From the human T2T-CHM13v2.0 reference genome, Homo sapiens, in the NCBI RefSeq assembly GCF_009914755.1, contig NC_060928.1: a stretch of 64,000 bases of DNA; one strand, 5' to 3'. Below the pieces are notes generated by a model. It searched no databases, was not told the origin of the DNA, and worked only from the letters and a program-made list of their open reading frames with translations. A program made the translations under genes and the position numbers. How positions within the stretch are numbered: the stretch's first letter is position 1; the number at the start of each line of letters is the position of its first letter. Below, piece after piece: positions 29,895 through 43,049 of this stretch.

Positions 29895-31669
29895 AGGATT
29901 TATATTTCTAAAAAGAAGCCTAATTGCCAAAAGCACAAGGAACATGCGTTTGATTTCTCACGTAATGATTTGAGTCAGCTTTTTTTTTCAGATTATAAAA
30001 CTGTGAGATAAGCTCATTGCATCTCCTGTCCACAGAAAATCAAAGGGGTCTTTGTCTTTTCATTCTGCCTGCGCTCAACAATGATTTATTGTTGAAGACC
30101 TACTACAGACCCAGGGATAAATTATACAGAGAAGGAGAACCTTGTTGCCAAAAAGTATTGAGGATATAGTGATTTGAGATTCTTACCTTCAAAGAAGAGT
30201 TGAAGGAATTGAAGAAATGATCTGGAATTATGGATTTGATTTTTGGATGAACACTGAACTATTGTAAGACTTGGTAGAGTTAGTTGACAATCTGAGGCTT
30301 TCGTTCTCCCATTCATACATGAAACTTTAGGTAAGATGTACTAGAAACAAGCCAGATACTATTTCTAGTCCTGAAGTCATCCTGAAAGGTATCTTCAGAA
30401 TGGATGTCATTCTCAATGATAATCACGTGATTTGCTAAGATTAGAAGAGGAAATAAATCAGCTAAGCAAGGCTTATGTCATTCAGAAGAGACCAAAGTGA
30501 ATATCAAGAACATTATCAAGGTAGGTGTTCCTATCCACGTATAGTGTTGTAAGCCAGTAACAAAAGTAGACTGTAGACGTAGTTACCCAGCTGAATATTT
30601 AAATGTATCCTTATTTGACTGTGCAATCACACAGCCAAATATATTCAAGGGCGGTTTCTTTTATAAGAAAAAAAAAGTAAATGAAATGCTCAATGATGAC
30701 ATTAGCTCAATTTTATGTTTGAAAAATTTACTTGCACCCAAGTGAGAAAATACAAAATTAAAGTTCTCACTGCAACAACAATGGACCCTACTAACAAGGA
30801 GAGGCTGTGCCACACATGCTGGGACTACATGGGATGTGGGTCCTGAAATCTAGACCAGACAATTGGCTGCAACTTTATTATTGCCCTTCACCTAGAGCTT
30901 AAAAAAAAAGCTTTCTTTAGGGGGTTATGCAAAGAGCCTTTATCTTGATAGTTACACCCAGCAGTACATCTTGGATGGCACCAACTGAAGGGTTTACAGA
31001 AAAAAAATTATTATTTGTTGCGTGTTCTGGTACTGGCTAGATGCATGTATGAATGTTACCCATGAATAATTTTATCTTTCTTTATCTCCTACCTCTGGCC
31101 TACCAAGACAACCCCATCAATTCAAAAAGATGAGACAATGCCTATATGAGAGTGGGAAAATGGGACCTCAGGCCCTGTGGCCCTGCTGCCAACCTTGCTT
31201 GGTTATTGGAGCCCAGGGGTGACTACAGAAGCCCCTGACCCTGGTGACACTCAACACTTTTCAGTGCCCATGGCTAGGATCCTGATCTATCTCTTTCCTT
31301 TATAGCTATCTAGTGCCTTGGGAATGTCTGGCATAGCTTTTCCACATCCAAATCAGCCTAGAAAAGCCCAGGTTCCTCTGTCCTTTCTATAGAAAGTTCT
31401 GAGTTCCTCAGTTCAAAGTTCTGAGTTCCTCAGTTCAGCTGGAGCTATGGGAACAATACTGGGAACTCTTACTTCCTTTGGGAAACGCCTGTGCAAATCC
31501 AGGTATAGGGAAATGGAGCTCAGTATAGTGGAACAGAGTTTCAGGGCTGTTCACTTAGAATTGCTCTGATGTGGCTTAGTCCCTTCCCACTATTTTCTGT
31601 TGCACACTTTAGGGATATAGATGATAAAGAAAACAAGCATTGCCGGTGCCACCTCCGTTACCTACATAC

Positions 31670-32170
31670 GATTTGCTCATTTAATCATTTATTCAACAAA
31701 TTCTAATGGAAAGTTTATTATTGTGCTGTGCTAGCCTCTTTGGGACATTCAAAGTTGATTAAGACATGCTGCATACCCTAAACGGAGTTCATTGTATCAT
31801 TTGAGAGATGACACACATACAACTATCCATCACATCAGCTAGAAGTGAAGAGTGGTGCTTAGGGAGAAACCTAAGCACCATGTTTTTCAGATTTAAGGGG
31901 AGACTTCAGAAAGAGAGTGATAGTTCAGCTAAGCCTGGAAAGGGAAGCATATGGCGCTGGGCATGGATAACTACAAGACACTGGTGACAGGCTGACAGTA
32001 GATCAAGAGCAAAAACAGGGTTTTGTTGTTGTTGTTTTGTTTTGTTTTGCAGGGAGTGGGAGGGTGAGGTAGCAGGTAGGAGGTCGGGGAGAGATATGGA
32101 GATATTGCCACTGATTCTGGACATGTTGATTTTGAAATTCTAGTTAGATATCCTGGTAGGACTTTCCTGC
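31670..32170 (-). mobile_element. L2 fragment
   Basis: CATTTATTCAACAAA...TGGACATGTTGATTTTGAAAT; boundaries approximate. Confidence 0.55.
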
Positions 32171-33795
32171 AGGCCAAAAAACAAAACAAAACAAACCACA
32201 AAAATAAAAGACAGCAGAGTCTTGAGAAATTTTAAACTTGGGATTATACATCTGCACAAAGAGGCCTGTTGCGATATTGGATGTTGCCTAGGAACTGGGG
32301 CTAAGAACTACAGTGAAGCAATTAACACTCTAAGCAACAGATACTAATGTCTTCATTACTTGCAGGCAGCCCATATACCAGTACCCAGCGAGAAACTCAG
32401 GCTGTTCTCTGCACAGCTGCTGGAAAGCTCAGAACTTTGGGGAGACTCTTAGCTAGATTAGAGCAGGAAGGCTGGTCTTTGGGAAGGGGATAATATTAGG
32501 GGCATTTTGGTGCAGTGTTCCCCATGACTAGAAACTGATTTGTCCCTTTAAACAAGAAACCAACCAACCAACAAACCTAACGCTGCCCTTTATTCCTGAT
32601 CCAGAACCGATTTGAGGTTGACATAAGTACCCCTTTTCTCCTTTTGCTATCTGGTGGACCCCATCTTCTCAGAATGATGTAGACACGTGTTCTAGCCCTT
32701 CTGTGATTTGTCCACTGCTGTGCTATTATAAGTATTATTGATCACACAATCCATTAGGGCACCATTCACCATAAATAATTTATCTCTTCAGGCATGAGCT
32801 CGTCTCTGCCACAGATGCCATCAGCAAGAATCCCCTTCAGGAGGTTTGTACTGAAGGAAAAACAACCGCATTGCAGATAGAGTTTAAGCACACAAGGCCC
32901 AGGGAGAAATGAAAATAATGACTGACCAAACCCTGTGCCTGGAGACTGCATTCTACTGGGGATGTTCTGTGAGAGACAGAACAGGTCTGAGGGTTTTCAG
33001 ACCAGCATTCCTCCTACAGAAGGCATGCCGTCTTGACAAATAGGTATACGCCTAGTCTTTCTAGCTGAGGAAGTTTGTTTAGGCAGCATGTCAATATTTG
33101 TTGGACATACTAGAGCAGTTCTAGATGTTATAATTGCTGGGAGCTGGAGGGACAGAGGGAAGGGCAGGAACAAGCAGCAAAAGAAATAGCAGACATTGTC
33201 TTATATCTGTATGGACCTTAAAATTCTATTGGCCAAATAGGAAAGCACCTATAATCAAAACTGCAAGATCTCTGGCAAGAACAAACCAACAAACAAATGA
33301 ACAAAATAATGCAGGAGGATTTAAGCTCAGATTGCACCTATAACTTGCTGACAGGCTGTATAACAATAACAGTGCTCAGATTTTAGGCTTTAAGTTGGTT
33401 TGTCAAGGAGGAAGAGCCATATAGCTATATAGACAGAGAGGAAGGTAGGGGAGAGGTGGTCATAGGGGAGGAGATGGGTATGCAAAAGTCTGCAATTGGG
33501 AGCTCACGAATCACGGATGCCAGCAAACAGATTTCAGCTGGGGCAAAGATTCCATGATGTAAAGCCAGAGAGTAACAAGTCAGCATTGTGGAAGGGAGCT
33601 GCTTCTTTATGGCTTTCCCACACAACGCTAGAGTCAGGGGGACCTTTCATAGGTAGAGAAGACCTGGGGAAAATTCACCTTTTCTCCCTTTTTAAATCCT
33701 TCTTTCTTGAGCTTCCTGGGACTTCCCTTCTACTATAGGGTCTTGGAGAGAAAAAATAATAATTAAGCTCACTTATAACACATCTATATGCTAAC

Positions 33796-34158
33796 TGTAT
33801 TAGTCTGTACTCATGCTACTAATAAAGACATACCTAAGGCTGGGTAGTTTATAAAGGAAAAAGGTTTAATTGACTCACAGTTCCACATGGCTGGGGAGGT
33901 CTCACAATGGTGGCGGAAGGTGAATGAGGATCATAGTCACGTCTTTCATGGTGGCAGGCAAGAGAGCTTGTGTAGGGGAACTCCCCTTTATAAAACCATC
34001 AGATCTCGTGAGACGTGTTCACTATCATGAGAACAGCACAGGAAAGACCCACCCCTTGATTCAATTACCTCTCATCGGGTCTTTCCCACGACAAGTGGGA
34101 ATTAGGGGAGCTACAGTTCAAGATGAGATTTGGGTGGCAACACAGTCAAACCATATCA
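33796..34158 (-). mobile_element. THE1 (B/C/D) solo LTR
   Basis: TGTATTAGTC..AATAAAGACATACC..CCCTTTATAAAACCATCAGATCTCGTGAGAC..AAACCATATCA. Confidence 0.88.
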
Positions 34159-34694
34159 GTACCCCTCTGAGTAAGTTAGGATATAGACAAGAAAACAGCC
34201 CAAGTCAGGTAGTTCAATAAAGAAAATGAATAGGGGAATCAGCTACAAATGGGTTGTGAGAGCTGAAGAGCAAACAGGAGATGTAGAGGCAAAGATTAGC
34301 AATGGCAAGAACTAGAGGTATCAAGGAGATGTGCCTGGACCACCCAGACAACACTGGAGGCCTGGTGTGACCACAGGGGAAATGTGGACACTGCCAGAGA
34401 CATCCCCAAACAGAGAGACAGAGGGGCTGGAATACTACCACTTCTTTCTTTCCCCTGCCCTCTAATTCCTGCTAGGATTTCCCTCTGGCCTAACTTAAGT
34501 GGAAGCCAGCTGGTCAGGACCCCTAGGAAGTATGTTGTAGGTAGGAGAAGGTGGGGAATGATCGACATTCCCTTGCACAGTATTTGTAGATGATTCTCAA
34601 AGAGAAGCAATGATTGTCTCCAGTAAATAGATTTATAATAGTGGAATTAGGCATGAAGTGAGGCAATATTTGGGAGCAAGTTCTTCTTAGTGAC

Positions 34695-35015
34695 TGCTGT
34701 GGTCTGAATGTCTGTGTCCTCCCAAATACATATGTTGAAACCTAGTCCCCAACATGGTGCAATTAAGAGATGGGGCCTTGGGAGGTGATTAATGGGGTCT
34801 GTGCTCTTATACAAGAGGCCCAAGGGACGTTGTTCATCTTTTCCACCAAACAAGGATGCAGCAAGAAGGGGCCATCTATGAAGCAGACCCTCACCAGACA
34901 TCAAATCTGCTGGTGTCTTGATCTTGGACTTCCCAGCTTCCAGAACTGTTGCTTATACATTTCTGTTGCCTATAATTACTCAGTCTAAGGTATTTTATTA
35001 CAGCAGCCTAATACA
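34695..35015 (+). mobile_element. MLT1A-like LTR
   Basis: TGCTGTGGTCTGAATGTCTGTGTCC..CCCTCACCAGAC..GATCTTGGACTTCCCAGC; near-TSD GTGAC/GTAAC. Confidence 0.8.
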
Positions 35016-38000
35016 GTAACTCTGCAATTAACACTACTCAGTCCTCTGCTGATCTTCTGGTAGAGCATACTCTGCTAAAATCAGTGTTGTTCTGCAGGTA
35101 GGGAGTTACCCAGATCTTCTTTGAGCAGTCTGAGGTTCCTTCCACTATGATTGCCTAAAGTTTAGCTCAGTGAAGAATCAGCAATCACTTGTCTTGACCC
35201 AAGAATACAAGAGCTAGGGGCTCAGTTAAAGTTCAGGAGGTGCTTATCAAAGTCTATGGTTTCTGCTTCTCTAACTCAGTCCTAGAGATGAAGTCTTATG
35301 GTCTACAAAAGTCTACAGCTTCCCTTTCCTTACAAAGATCCTCTATTGTTGTTTATGAGCCCCTCTTGTTCCTCAGGGATCTTGCACATCCCAGAGGAGC
35401 AATCTTGGCCTGTCTGAGTTTCTTAGGTTTGATCTAAGTAGCAGATTCAACCACATATGAGTTCTATCAAGGCCGGATGGACACTCATGGATACTGGGTC
35501 TCTCACAGAAATCCTATCTCCAAGGAGATGCTATTTCACAATCATTAGGGATTGTATGCCTTTACATTAAATATTTCAAAATTATTTCAAATAGTGGTCA
35601 TGACAAGAGATGATAATAAGAGGACAGGGAGATTCTATTTTATTTTATCCCAAGAAGCTAATGTTGATGTATATTGCATTGATTTAATATAGTTCACTTA
35701 ATGTGATTGATCAACCACAGGAAGACGGCCTTTATGGAGACATGATTCTTACTCTTATGCCAATTTAGTCAGGGCTAAGAAGAGGATGTCAGGTATTTGC
35801 TGGTGGTAGAGGCTGTGATAAGTTCAGGACTGTGCAGGCAGATCATTGCTTTCAGAGAGTGGGATATGATGAATGTGCTATTCATCTGTTTAGTGCTATT
35901 GCCACAATTTGCTGGTTCTTAAACAGAGCTTTACAAAATAGGCTTGTTGTTAGGCCAGGCTGCTAATTGTGCTAGTAATTAAAAATTGGCAGTGCTGAGA
36001 TTGGCCCATATTCCCTACCTCAAAACCTTCCAAGTCAGCGTTTGCCTTTCACAATGAGCAAAACACCTGCTCTGTTTCCTCCACTCATTTTCTAGGACCT
36101 TCAAATGCCACTCAGTTGATGCTTTCACAGAGCCTGGGAGGATTTCTGGTGTTTCATTCAGAAAGACTGTATGCACACTGGAGAAAGCAGGACTATATAT
36201 AGCCAGGGCCGAGCAGAGGATGACCTCCGTGAATGCTCCAAGGAGCCAAGGACATGACTGCGCTCATGGCCTCAGATCACCCTCCTGCCAAGATTCTTTG
36301 ATGACACCAAGTTTTGCTAAGATTTTCTGGCTCTGGGAGCCCGTGTGTCGATTCTTGGAGGTTGAGAGCCACGTGGCAGCCTGCAGCTTGCCGGCTTGTC
36401 TGTGCACGCACGCTCATGCACTCACATTCACTGAGAGTTGATGCGTCATCCTCCTATATTTATCCAGTTGCTGTTTCAGTGGCTCTGAGAAGTGTCTGGA
36501 GAAAAGCAAAGCTGCTTCCTCCTGCTATGCAAGCTGTCTGAGCTCCAGAGACAGGCTCTACTGTCTTGTTCTGTGTGTGTGGAGAAGGGGCATGCAGAAC
36601 ATGGTTCCCAGAGTGCCTGGGTCACTGATGAGATGCCCTCTTTTTTCCCCCAGCCAGTCTAGAGCTTACAGTTCAGGAGCAGGCAGCTTTGGCACTCTAG
36701 CCACAGCCCCAGTGTTTTTGCTCACGCCCAGTTAGGTCTAACTGGGAGGGCCATGATGTGAGTAGAATAAACATCTGGGTGAAGAGTTGGAGATGGCCAG
36801 GGCCCTGGGGTAAGACAAAGTGGGAGCAATAGCTACAGTAAGGAATGAGTATCTGGAAAGGTATCATTGAGCATAAGAGCTGAAAGGGATCATTGATACC
36901 ATCTTCCCAAGACAGCTGTTTTACAGGTGAAGAAACTGAGGCCAAGTAGGTGAAGAGTCACGCAGCACCAGTGCTGATCCTGAAGTGATGCACTTTTAAT
37001 TCTAGAGCAGTGACTTTCCATGACCCTGTGCCCAGCAGGTGGAGCCTCACCTCACAGCTGGCCATTCTCTGGCAAACATCCTGCAGAATGGAAGACCCAA
37101 AGACAATGTGCTGAAGACCAACCATGAGTCTCTGTCAGAGGAGTCACTGATAGGTGATGGGAAGTGTGCTGGAGAAGTGGCTGCACTCAGGTCTCTGGCT
37201 TCTGCTGGGCCCCCTTCTAACATAGCCTTGTCACCACTCTGTTGCTGAGGCATTGTCACATCCTGTACTCTGGCCACCTCCCAGGCACATCCTTTTACAA
37301 TCACCACTTTATACTTTGTGGACAAGCACAGTACCCACAGAATAACTCACTCTAGAAAGATTCAAATAGATATATCCAAATAAATCTGGGCTTCTTTGCC
37401 ATTCCTTAAAGCCTATTACCTCATGATAACATATGCAAGAGAAAAACAAATACCATTCCAAATTCTTGAAGAATGATTAATATATTGAAGCTTTCCTTGA
37501 ACAGGAGTAAAAGAGAGTTACTCTGAAGTGCCTATTCAAACTTGCAACAAATCCACTTTTCCATTCCTGTCTCCCCCAAACCCCACAGCTCATGGCAGCT
37601 ACTGAAATTTCTCTTCTCTCTTTCAAAATCTCCAGCCTAGGTTGCCTCTCTTGACACTCCCTCCTTCCCTCTGTCTTGCTATCCTTGCCAAGTTCTAAAT
37701 GTTTTCATTGCCTCCTTAGGTGGCTCTATGCCCTTTCCCATGTAGATCAAGTAAACCTCTCTTTACTTTCTCCCCATACTTTATCTTTTCTACCCATTTC
37801 TCTGACCAGCACACCAAAGGCATCCAAAGGCATAGGAACTGAGCCACTGAAACAATAATCTTCCCTAAAATATGGTGAAGGAGATTATTGTAAATTCTTA
37901 TGCTTTATATTTTAAAAAAATCTTTGTCACATGAAAATCCAAATCTGATTGATCTTCAACCAGTTGTACTTGGTTGGGTTGCTCCATTGTTGAATTCCTA

Positions 38001-38841
38001 CAGGGCTGGAAGTGATACAATATTAATTAAAGGCTCTTTAAAGATGATGCTTCCTTATTTCAAATAGGCTTCTGCTGCTTCTCATCCGGGGGAAGTCACA
38101 AGTTTCTCTCCTGGATAGCACTCTTCTTAGGACGTTATGGGTGCATTACCAGCTGCCTGTTGCCAGTGGGATTGGTATATCCTTTTTTACAAGGTTCTGG
38201 TCAAATCTTAAATAAATTCTGAAGAACAATAAACCCTTCAGGAACTTTCGCTCTATGTGCAATGTGTCTGTAAAGCAGCAACCAGTAGGCATAGAGCATT
38301 TGACATAATTTCTTGCATTGTTGGGAACCTTCCTTCTCCCTCGTGCATTCCTGCTTTGGACAATATGATAGGAGTTTTCATTCTTTTGAAAGCATTGGGA
38401 AAAGTAGCTTTAGCCCCTCTCAGCCCTGTTCACTTTTCCCTGAGGGACTAGTCATGATTTAGCTGCCTGGTGAAGTGGGGAGTTTCTCCAGGCTCATGGG
38501 AAACTCTGCTCTTCCTGTCCCTTCTTCTTCGGATCTCCCCCCGAGGGTGGGTGTGTTTTGCCCACCTCCTGTCTTGTGGGTGGCAGTCATGATGGGGTTA
38601 GGAGCCAGCTCTGCTTCCAGGGCCAGGTCTCAAATCCTAGCTCTCACTTTGTTCCAGTGTAGAGACATAGCAGATGCAGATGATGCAGCTGTTTTGCTCT
38701 GTGTGTGTGCTCTGAGGAGCCAACCCTTCCTTGAGTGAGATGTACCAAGTGTTAGACCTAGGGAAAAACATTAGAGAGTCTGCCTGTGCCACAGTTAACT
38801 CCTACTCCTCAATCTAACTTATCCTTAATAAAACAGGTTTT

Positions 38842-39008
38842 TAGCCAGGCATGGTAGTGCACACCTGCAGTCCTAACTACTAACTACTTGGGAGGCTGAA
38901 GTGGGAGGACCACTTGAGCCCAGGAGCTCAAGGCTGCAGTGAGCTATGATTGTGCCACTACACTCTAGCCTGGGCAACAGACCCCTATCTCTTAAAAATA
39001 ATAAAAAA
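38842..39008 (+). mobile_element. Alu right monomer (FRAM/AluJ)
   Basis: TAGCCAGGCATGG..CTTGAGCCCAGGAG..AGGCTGCAGTGAGCTATGAT..poly-A. Confidence 0.85.
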
Positions 39009-39409
39009 AGATTTTTTTTAACCTTCACTTGTCTGATTTCTCCAATTGTTTCTCAGTAGCACTTGTGAAACTGTAGTATCTTCATTCAATTAACATAAAC
39101 TAATATTCAACTACCAATGCTGTAAATACCCCTAGGGAGGGAGTACATTAACTCATAACCCCTTATGTTGAGTGAATCTATGTCATGCAATTAGCATTAT
39201 CCAGTCATCTACAATGAATGAGTTTAAAGCCAAGAAAAACAGAATTCATCCTAGATGAATTCTTAGGATGTTATCAAGGGTGGAGATGAGGACCCCACAC
39301 CCCATGATCCAACTTACAGTGTATTTTTATCTCAGTGCTTGGCAGACCAGGAACATGCCCTCTTCCTCCTGGTAAGCCTGGATGTGTGTTGATATCAGCA
39401 CAGTGGTGT

Positions 39410-39640
39410 GGGGAACAGGGGTGCCTTGGGGTCAGACTGCTTGAGTTAATCTTTTCTTTACCCCAACCATAAGACTTTGGGCTGCTTACTTAAACTCTTT
39501 TGGTCTTACATTTCTTACCTGGGAAATTGAGATAATACCTAGTAGGATCATTGTGAGAAATAAAATGAAAGAATTGTGTAAAGATCTTTGAACAATGCCT
39601 GGCAAGTAGTTAGCCCTCAGTAAATGTCAGTGATTATTAT
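39410..39640 (+). mobile_element. MIR
   Basis: CAGACTGC..TTACTTAAACTCT..TTGTGAGAAATAAAATG..AATGCCTGGCAAGTAG. Confidence 0.7.
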
Positions 39641-40184
39641 GAATAGTAAGAAAATATTTTTCTGCCACCTAAAAATTTTCCTTGAGGATGCATCTTTAGA
39701 ATGTGTCAATGGGAAAGTATGCCGTACTTTAAAAATAATTTTGTTTTGCAAACATTTTAGAACAAACACTTTTAGCGAGAAATAGTTATATTGCTTTCTG
39801 GCAAATATGAATTGGGATTTACTTGTTAAAAATTAGAAATACGACTTCTATTGCTTTCTCCACCCATACCATCTCCAGAAACATTTCTTAGCTGCTTTTA
39901 CCCAAAGACACATGTCAGACCTAAGATCTAGTGACAACTGCCTCTGGAAGGTCTTGACATGGGCCCCTCAGTGGAGGCATTTCTAATTTTGAAATGAGCT
40001 GTGTGGTTCAAAAGCTCTATGCTTTCCAACAAGTAGATGATTGATAAGACTTTCTCGTTCACTGATCAAGCTTGATAAAAAGGAAAAACAGGAACTAAAA
40101 ATACCCTTTGCATTTGAACTGGGGGCACTGAAAGTACAAGGAGGCCAAGATTTACATATGTGATTACATAGTTATATATTTATT

Positions 40185-40495
40185 TAATTAATTAATTAAT
40201 TTATTTTTGAGACAGGTCTAGCTCTGCTGCCAAGACTGGAGTGCAGTGGTGCCGTTATAGCTCACTGTAACCTCGAACTCCTGGGCTCAAGTAATTCTCC
40301 TACCTCAGTCTTGAGTAGATAGGACTATAGGTGTGCACCACCATGCCTGGCTAATTAAAAAAATATATTTTTGTAGAGCTGGGGTCTTGGCATGTTGCAC
40401 AAGCTGGTCTCAAGCTCCTGACCTCAAGTGATCCTTCTGCCTCACTTGGCTGCTAAAGTCCTGGGATTACAGGCATGAGCCATAGTGCCTTGTCC
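40185..40495 (-). mobile_element. AluJ
   Basis: Antisense dimer; TSD ACATA(G/A)TTATATATTTA on both sides. Confidence 0.88.
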
Positions 40496-41014
40496 ACATA
40501 ATTATATATTTAATTGGTAGTTTGAAGTAAAATTATCCTTAAATCTAGGTATTTTTGTTGTCACATGTCATAACCTTGTAATTGTTGCTACAACAAGAAG
40601 AGAATGCCTTTTTGCTGAATTTTTAAGAAAAACTCAACATTCTGGCCATTATACCATCTAGGAATTTTACAACCTATAGACCTATCAAGACAGAAATTAA
40701 TTTGAAGGTCACATCAGCCTTCATATGAATTTTCTGTAAAATTGAGATGACATTTTACATGTTAACTGAGTAAAAGTGACATCATAAATGATGGTCATTT
40801 AGGTTCTGTTTCTCTTTTCCAGCTGGAAAGCCCATGTGAGAGGTACTTTAGGGAAACTCTCGCTAAGTCAGTCCTCCACCTTTTCATGCCAGGGAATCCT
40901 GATGTTATTCAATGCATTTGCCATACATTGTACTTCCACCGAACAAATAAACTAAAAGTCACTAACCTGAAGTTTATCCTGTAAGCAAAAAGTTATCAGA
41001 CTGGAAATACGGAT

Positions 41015-41311
41015 TTGTTTTTTGAAACGGAGTTTTGTTCTTGTTGCCCAGGCTGGAGTGCAATGGCGCGATCTAGCTCACTGCAACCTCTGCTTCCCGG
41101 GTTCTAGCGATTCTCGATTCTCCTGTCTCAGCCTCCTGAGGAACTGGGATCATAGGCCCGTGTCACCACACCCAGCTAATTTTTGTACTTTTAATAGAGA
41201 TGGGGTTTCATCACATTGGTCAGGCTGGTCTCGAACTCCTGACCTCAGGTGATGTGCCTGCCTTAGCCTCCCAAAGTGCTGGGATTACAGGCATGAACGA
41301 CTGTGCCCGGC
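41015..41311 (-). mobile_element. AluS (Sp/Sq-like)
   Basis: GGAGTTTTGTTCTTGTTGCCCAGGCTGGAGTGCAATGG; TSD GGAAATACGGATTT / GGAAATATAGATTT. Confidence 0.9.
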
Positions 41312-41552
41312 GGAAATATAGATTTTAAACTTAGCATATGAACAAGTGTGGAGAGTAATAATGGCAGAAAATTGATATCTTTTATTGCAAATCTTCCATC
41401 TGCACCTAAGAGATAGAGGTCTCGGACCTAAGAGCCTAAGCTAGTATCCCGGTGGAGGCAGCCACTAAATTCAAGACCCTCTTGCTAATACGCAATGTAA
41501 AGCCAAGAGTAAAAGCAAAAAAGCCATCGTTTCATGAAAGAATTCAGTCCTG

Positions 41553-42325
41553 TTTTTTTTTTAAATGATTAAGAGAATATTTATTTAAGCAAGAATACAT
41601 ACAGTCGGCTAGGTGTGGTGGCTCATGCCTGTAATCCCAGCACTTTGGGAGGCTGAGGCGGGTGGCTCACTTGAGGTCAGGAATTCCAGACCAGCCTGGC
41701 CAACATGGCAAAACCCTGTCTTTACTAAAAATACAAAAAATTAGCCGGGTGTGGTGGCACTCGCCTGTAGTCCTGGCTACCTTGGAGGCTGAGATGGGAG
41801 AATTTCTTGAACCAGGAGGTGCAGAGACTGCGCCACTGTACTCCAGCCTGGGTGACAGACTGAGACCCTGTTTAAAAAAAAAAAAAAAAAGAATGCATAT
41901 GGTCATCATTGCCATTGCCAGACTTGACATGAGATGTTAAATGTTCAGCCCAATTTTCCTTCCTGGATAAGTTTTTCTTTTCTATCCCTGTCAGTTTTGA
42001 AAACATAATACTAGAAGAAGAGGGGCCCAATTCCACAGAGAGCTCCCAAGAGAGGGTTTTTGGGAGCGGGTCTAAAATTGGGATAGACACTTGCTGATCT
42101 TGCATAGGTCCAACAAATCAAGGCAGTATTTTGGATGAGCCCTTGGCGGTTAGGGTTGTTGTACTGAAGCAGGTATTCCTGTTTAGGCCAGGCCCTTATG
42201 GCCAATCGCTCAGCTTGTGCCCACTGGGTCTCCAGAGATATGTCGTATTCAGCTGGGTTGAGGGTTGAGGGCAGAGTGGCCAGTCGCGATGGAGTATACT
42301 GGGAGCTACATCTTGGCCACCCAGC
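41553..42325 (-). pseudogene. NDUFB4P: Processed pseudogene of NADH:ubiquinone oxidoreductase subunit B4 (NDUFB4; locus number not determined)
   Basis: Intronless; translates [80 protein letters not shown] at 42311 is followed by TAG and a frameshift; further stops at 42011-42013 and 41945-41947; AATAAA at 41580-41585 (minus) and poly-A remnant 41553-41562. Confidence 0.95.
41607..41890 (+). mobile_element. AluS inserted in the NDUFB4 pseudogene 3'UTR
   Basis: Dimer with a small right-arm deletion; TSD AAGAATACATACAGTC (41591) / AAGAATGCATATGGTC (41889). Confidence 0.92.
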
Positions 42326-43049
42326 CCAGATCTCATTCTTTGTGTTCTTTTGGGATTCCAATGCTTTCATGAGTAAGAATTCTCATGAATTCTTATGGAA
42401 AATAGCAAAATATCCCAGGCAGATTCTCTCTTTTGCATATAAATCTTAAGGGGAGAGGGAAGCAAGAGAGGCAGATGTGGAAGTTGGCAGAGCAGCTAGC
42501 GAGGTGCTAAGTGGAGACACTAGCGTGGGGAGCAATGAGAAGTTGGCCTCAGAAGGCAATGAGATGTCCAGGGCCAGGGGTGCCACTGGGATCTGAGAGC
42601 CCGAACAGCTGTGAACTCCACCCCCCCACCAAGTTCTCCACAAGGTGTGGTTGTGTGGTTGCTGAATGTTCCTTTCCATTTTCTCACTTTCCTGTTCATT
42701 CTTACAATAACCCCCAACCACCAAATTTGGGTCTGTGTCCCTTGAACCCAAAAGAATCTAACATTGGGTCACAGTTTCTATCAAGGATCTGAGGACTAGG
42801 GGCAATTTAGTGTCCCTATATGTTAGGACTCCCACTTAAAGAACTTGGTTTTTTGATCCTAACAAGTTCCCTGTAAAGAACTCCATATTCTCTCTCTTCA
42901 GTGAGTGAAATAATAAAAATGCAAATCTCCACTCTTCCCCTGTGTGTCAAAGACATTCCTTTTCAAGGAGGTTCATTCTAAAGTGACCTCTGAGTAACAG
43001 TACAAAGTAGTAGACAGTAGCTTAGGTATTTTCAAAGGAACGGGTATGC

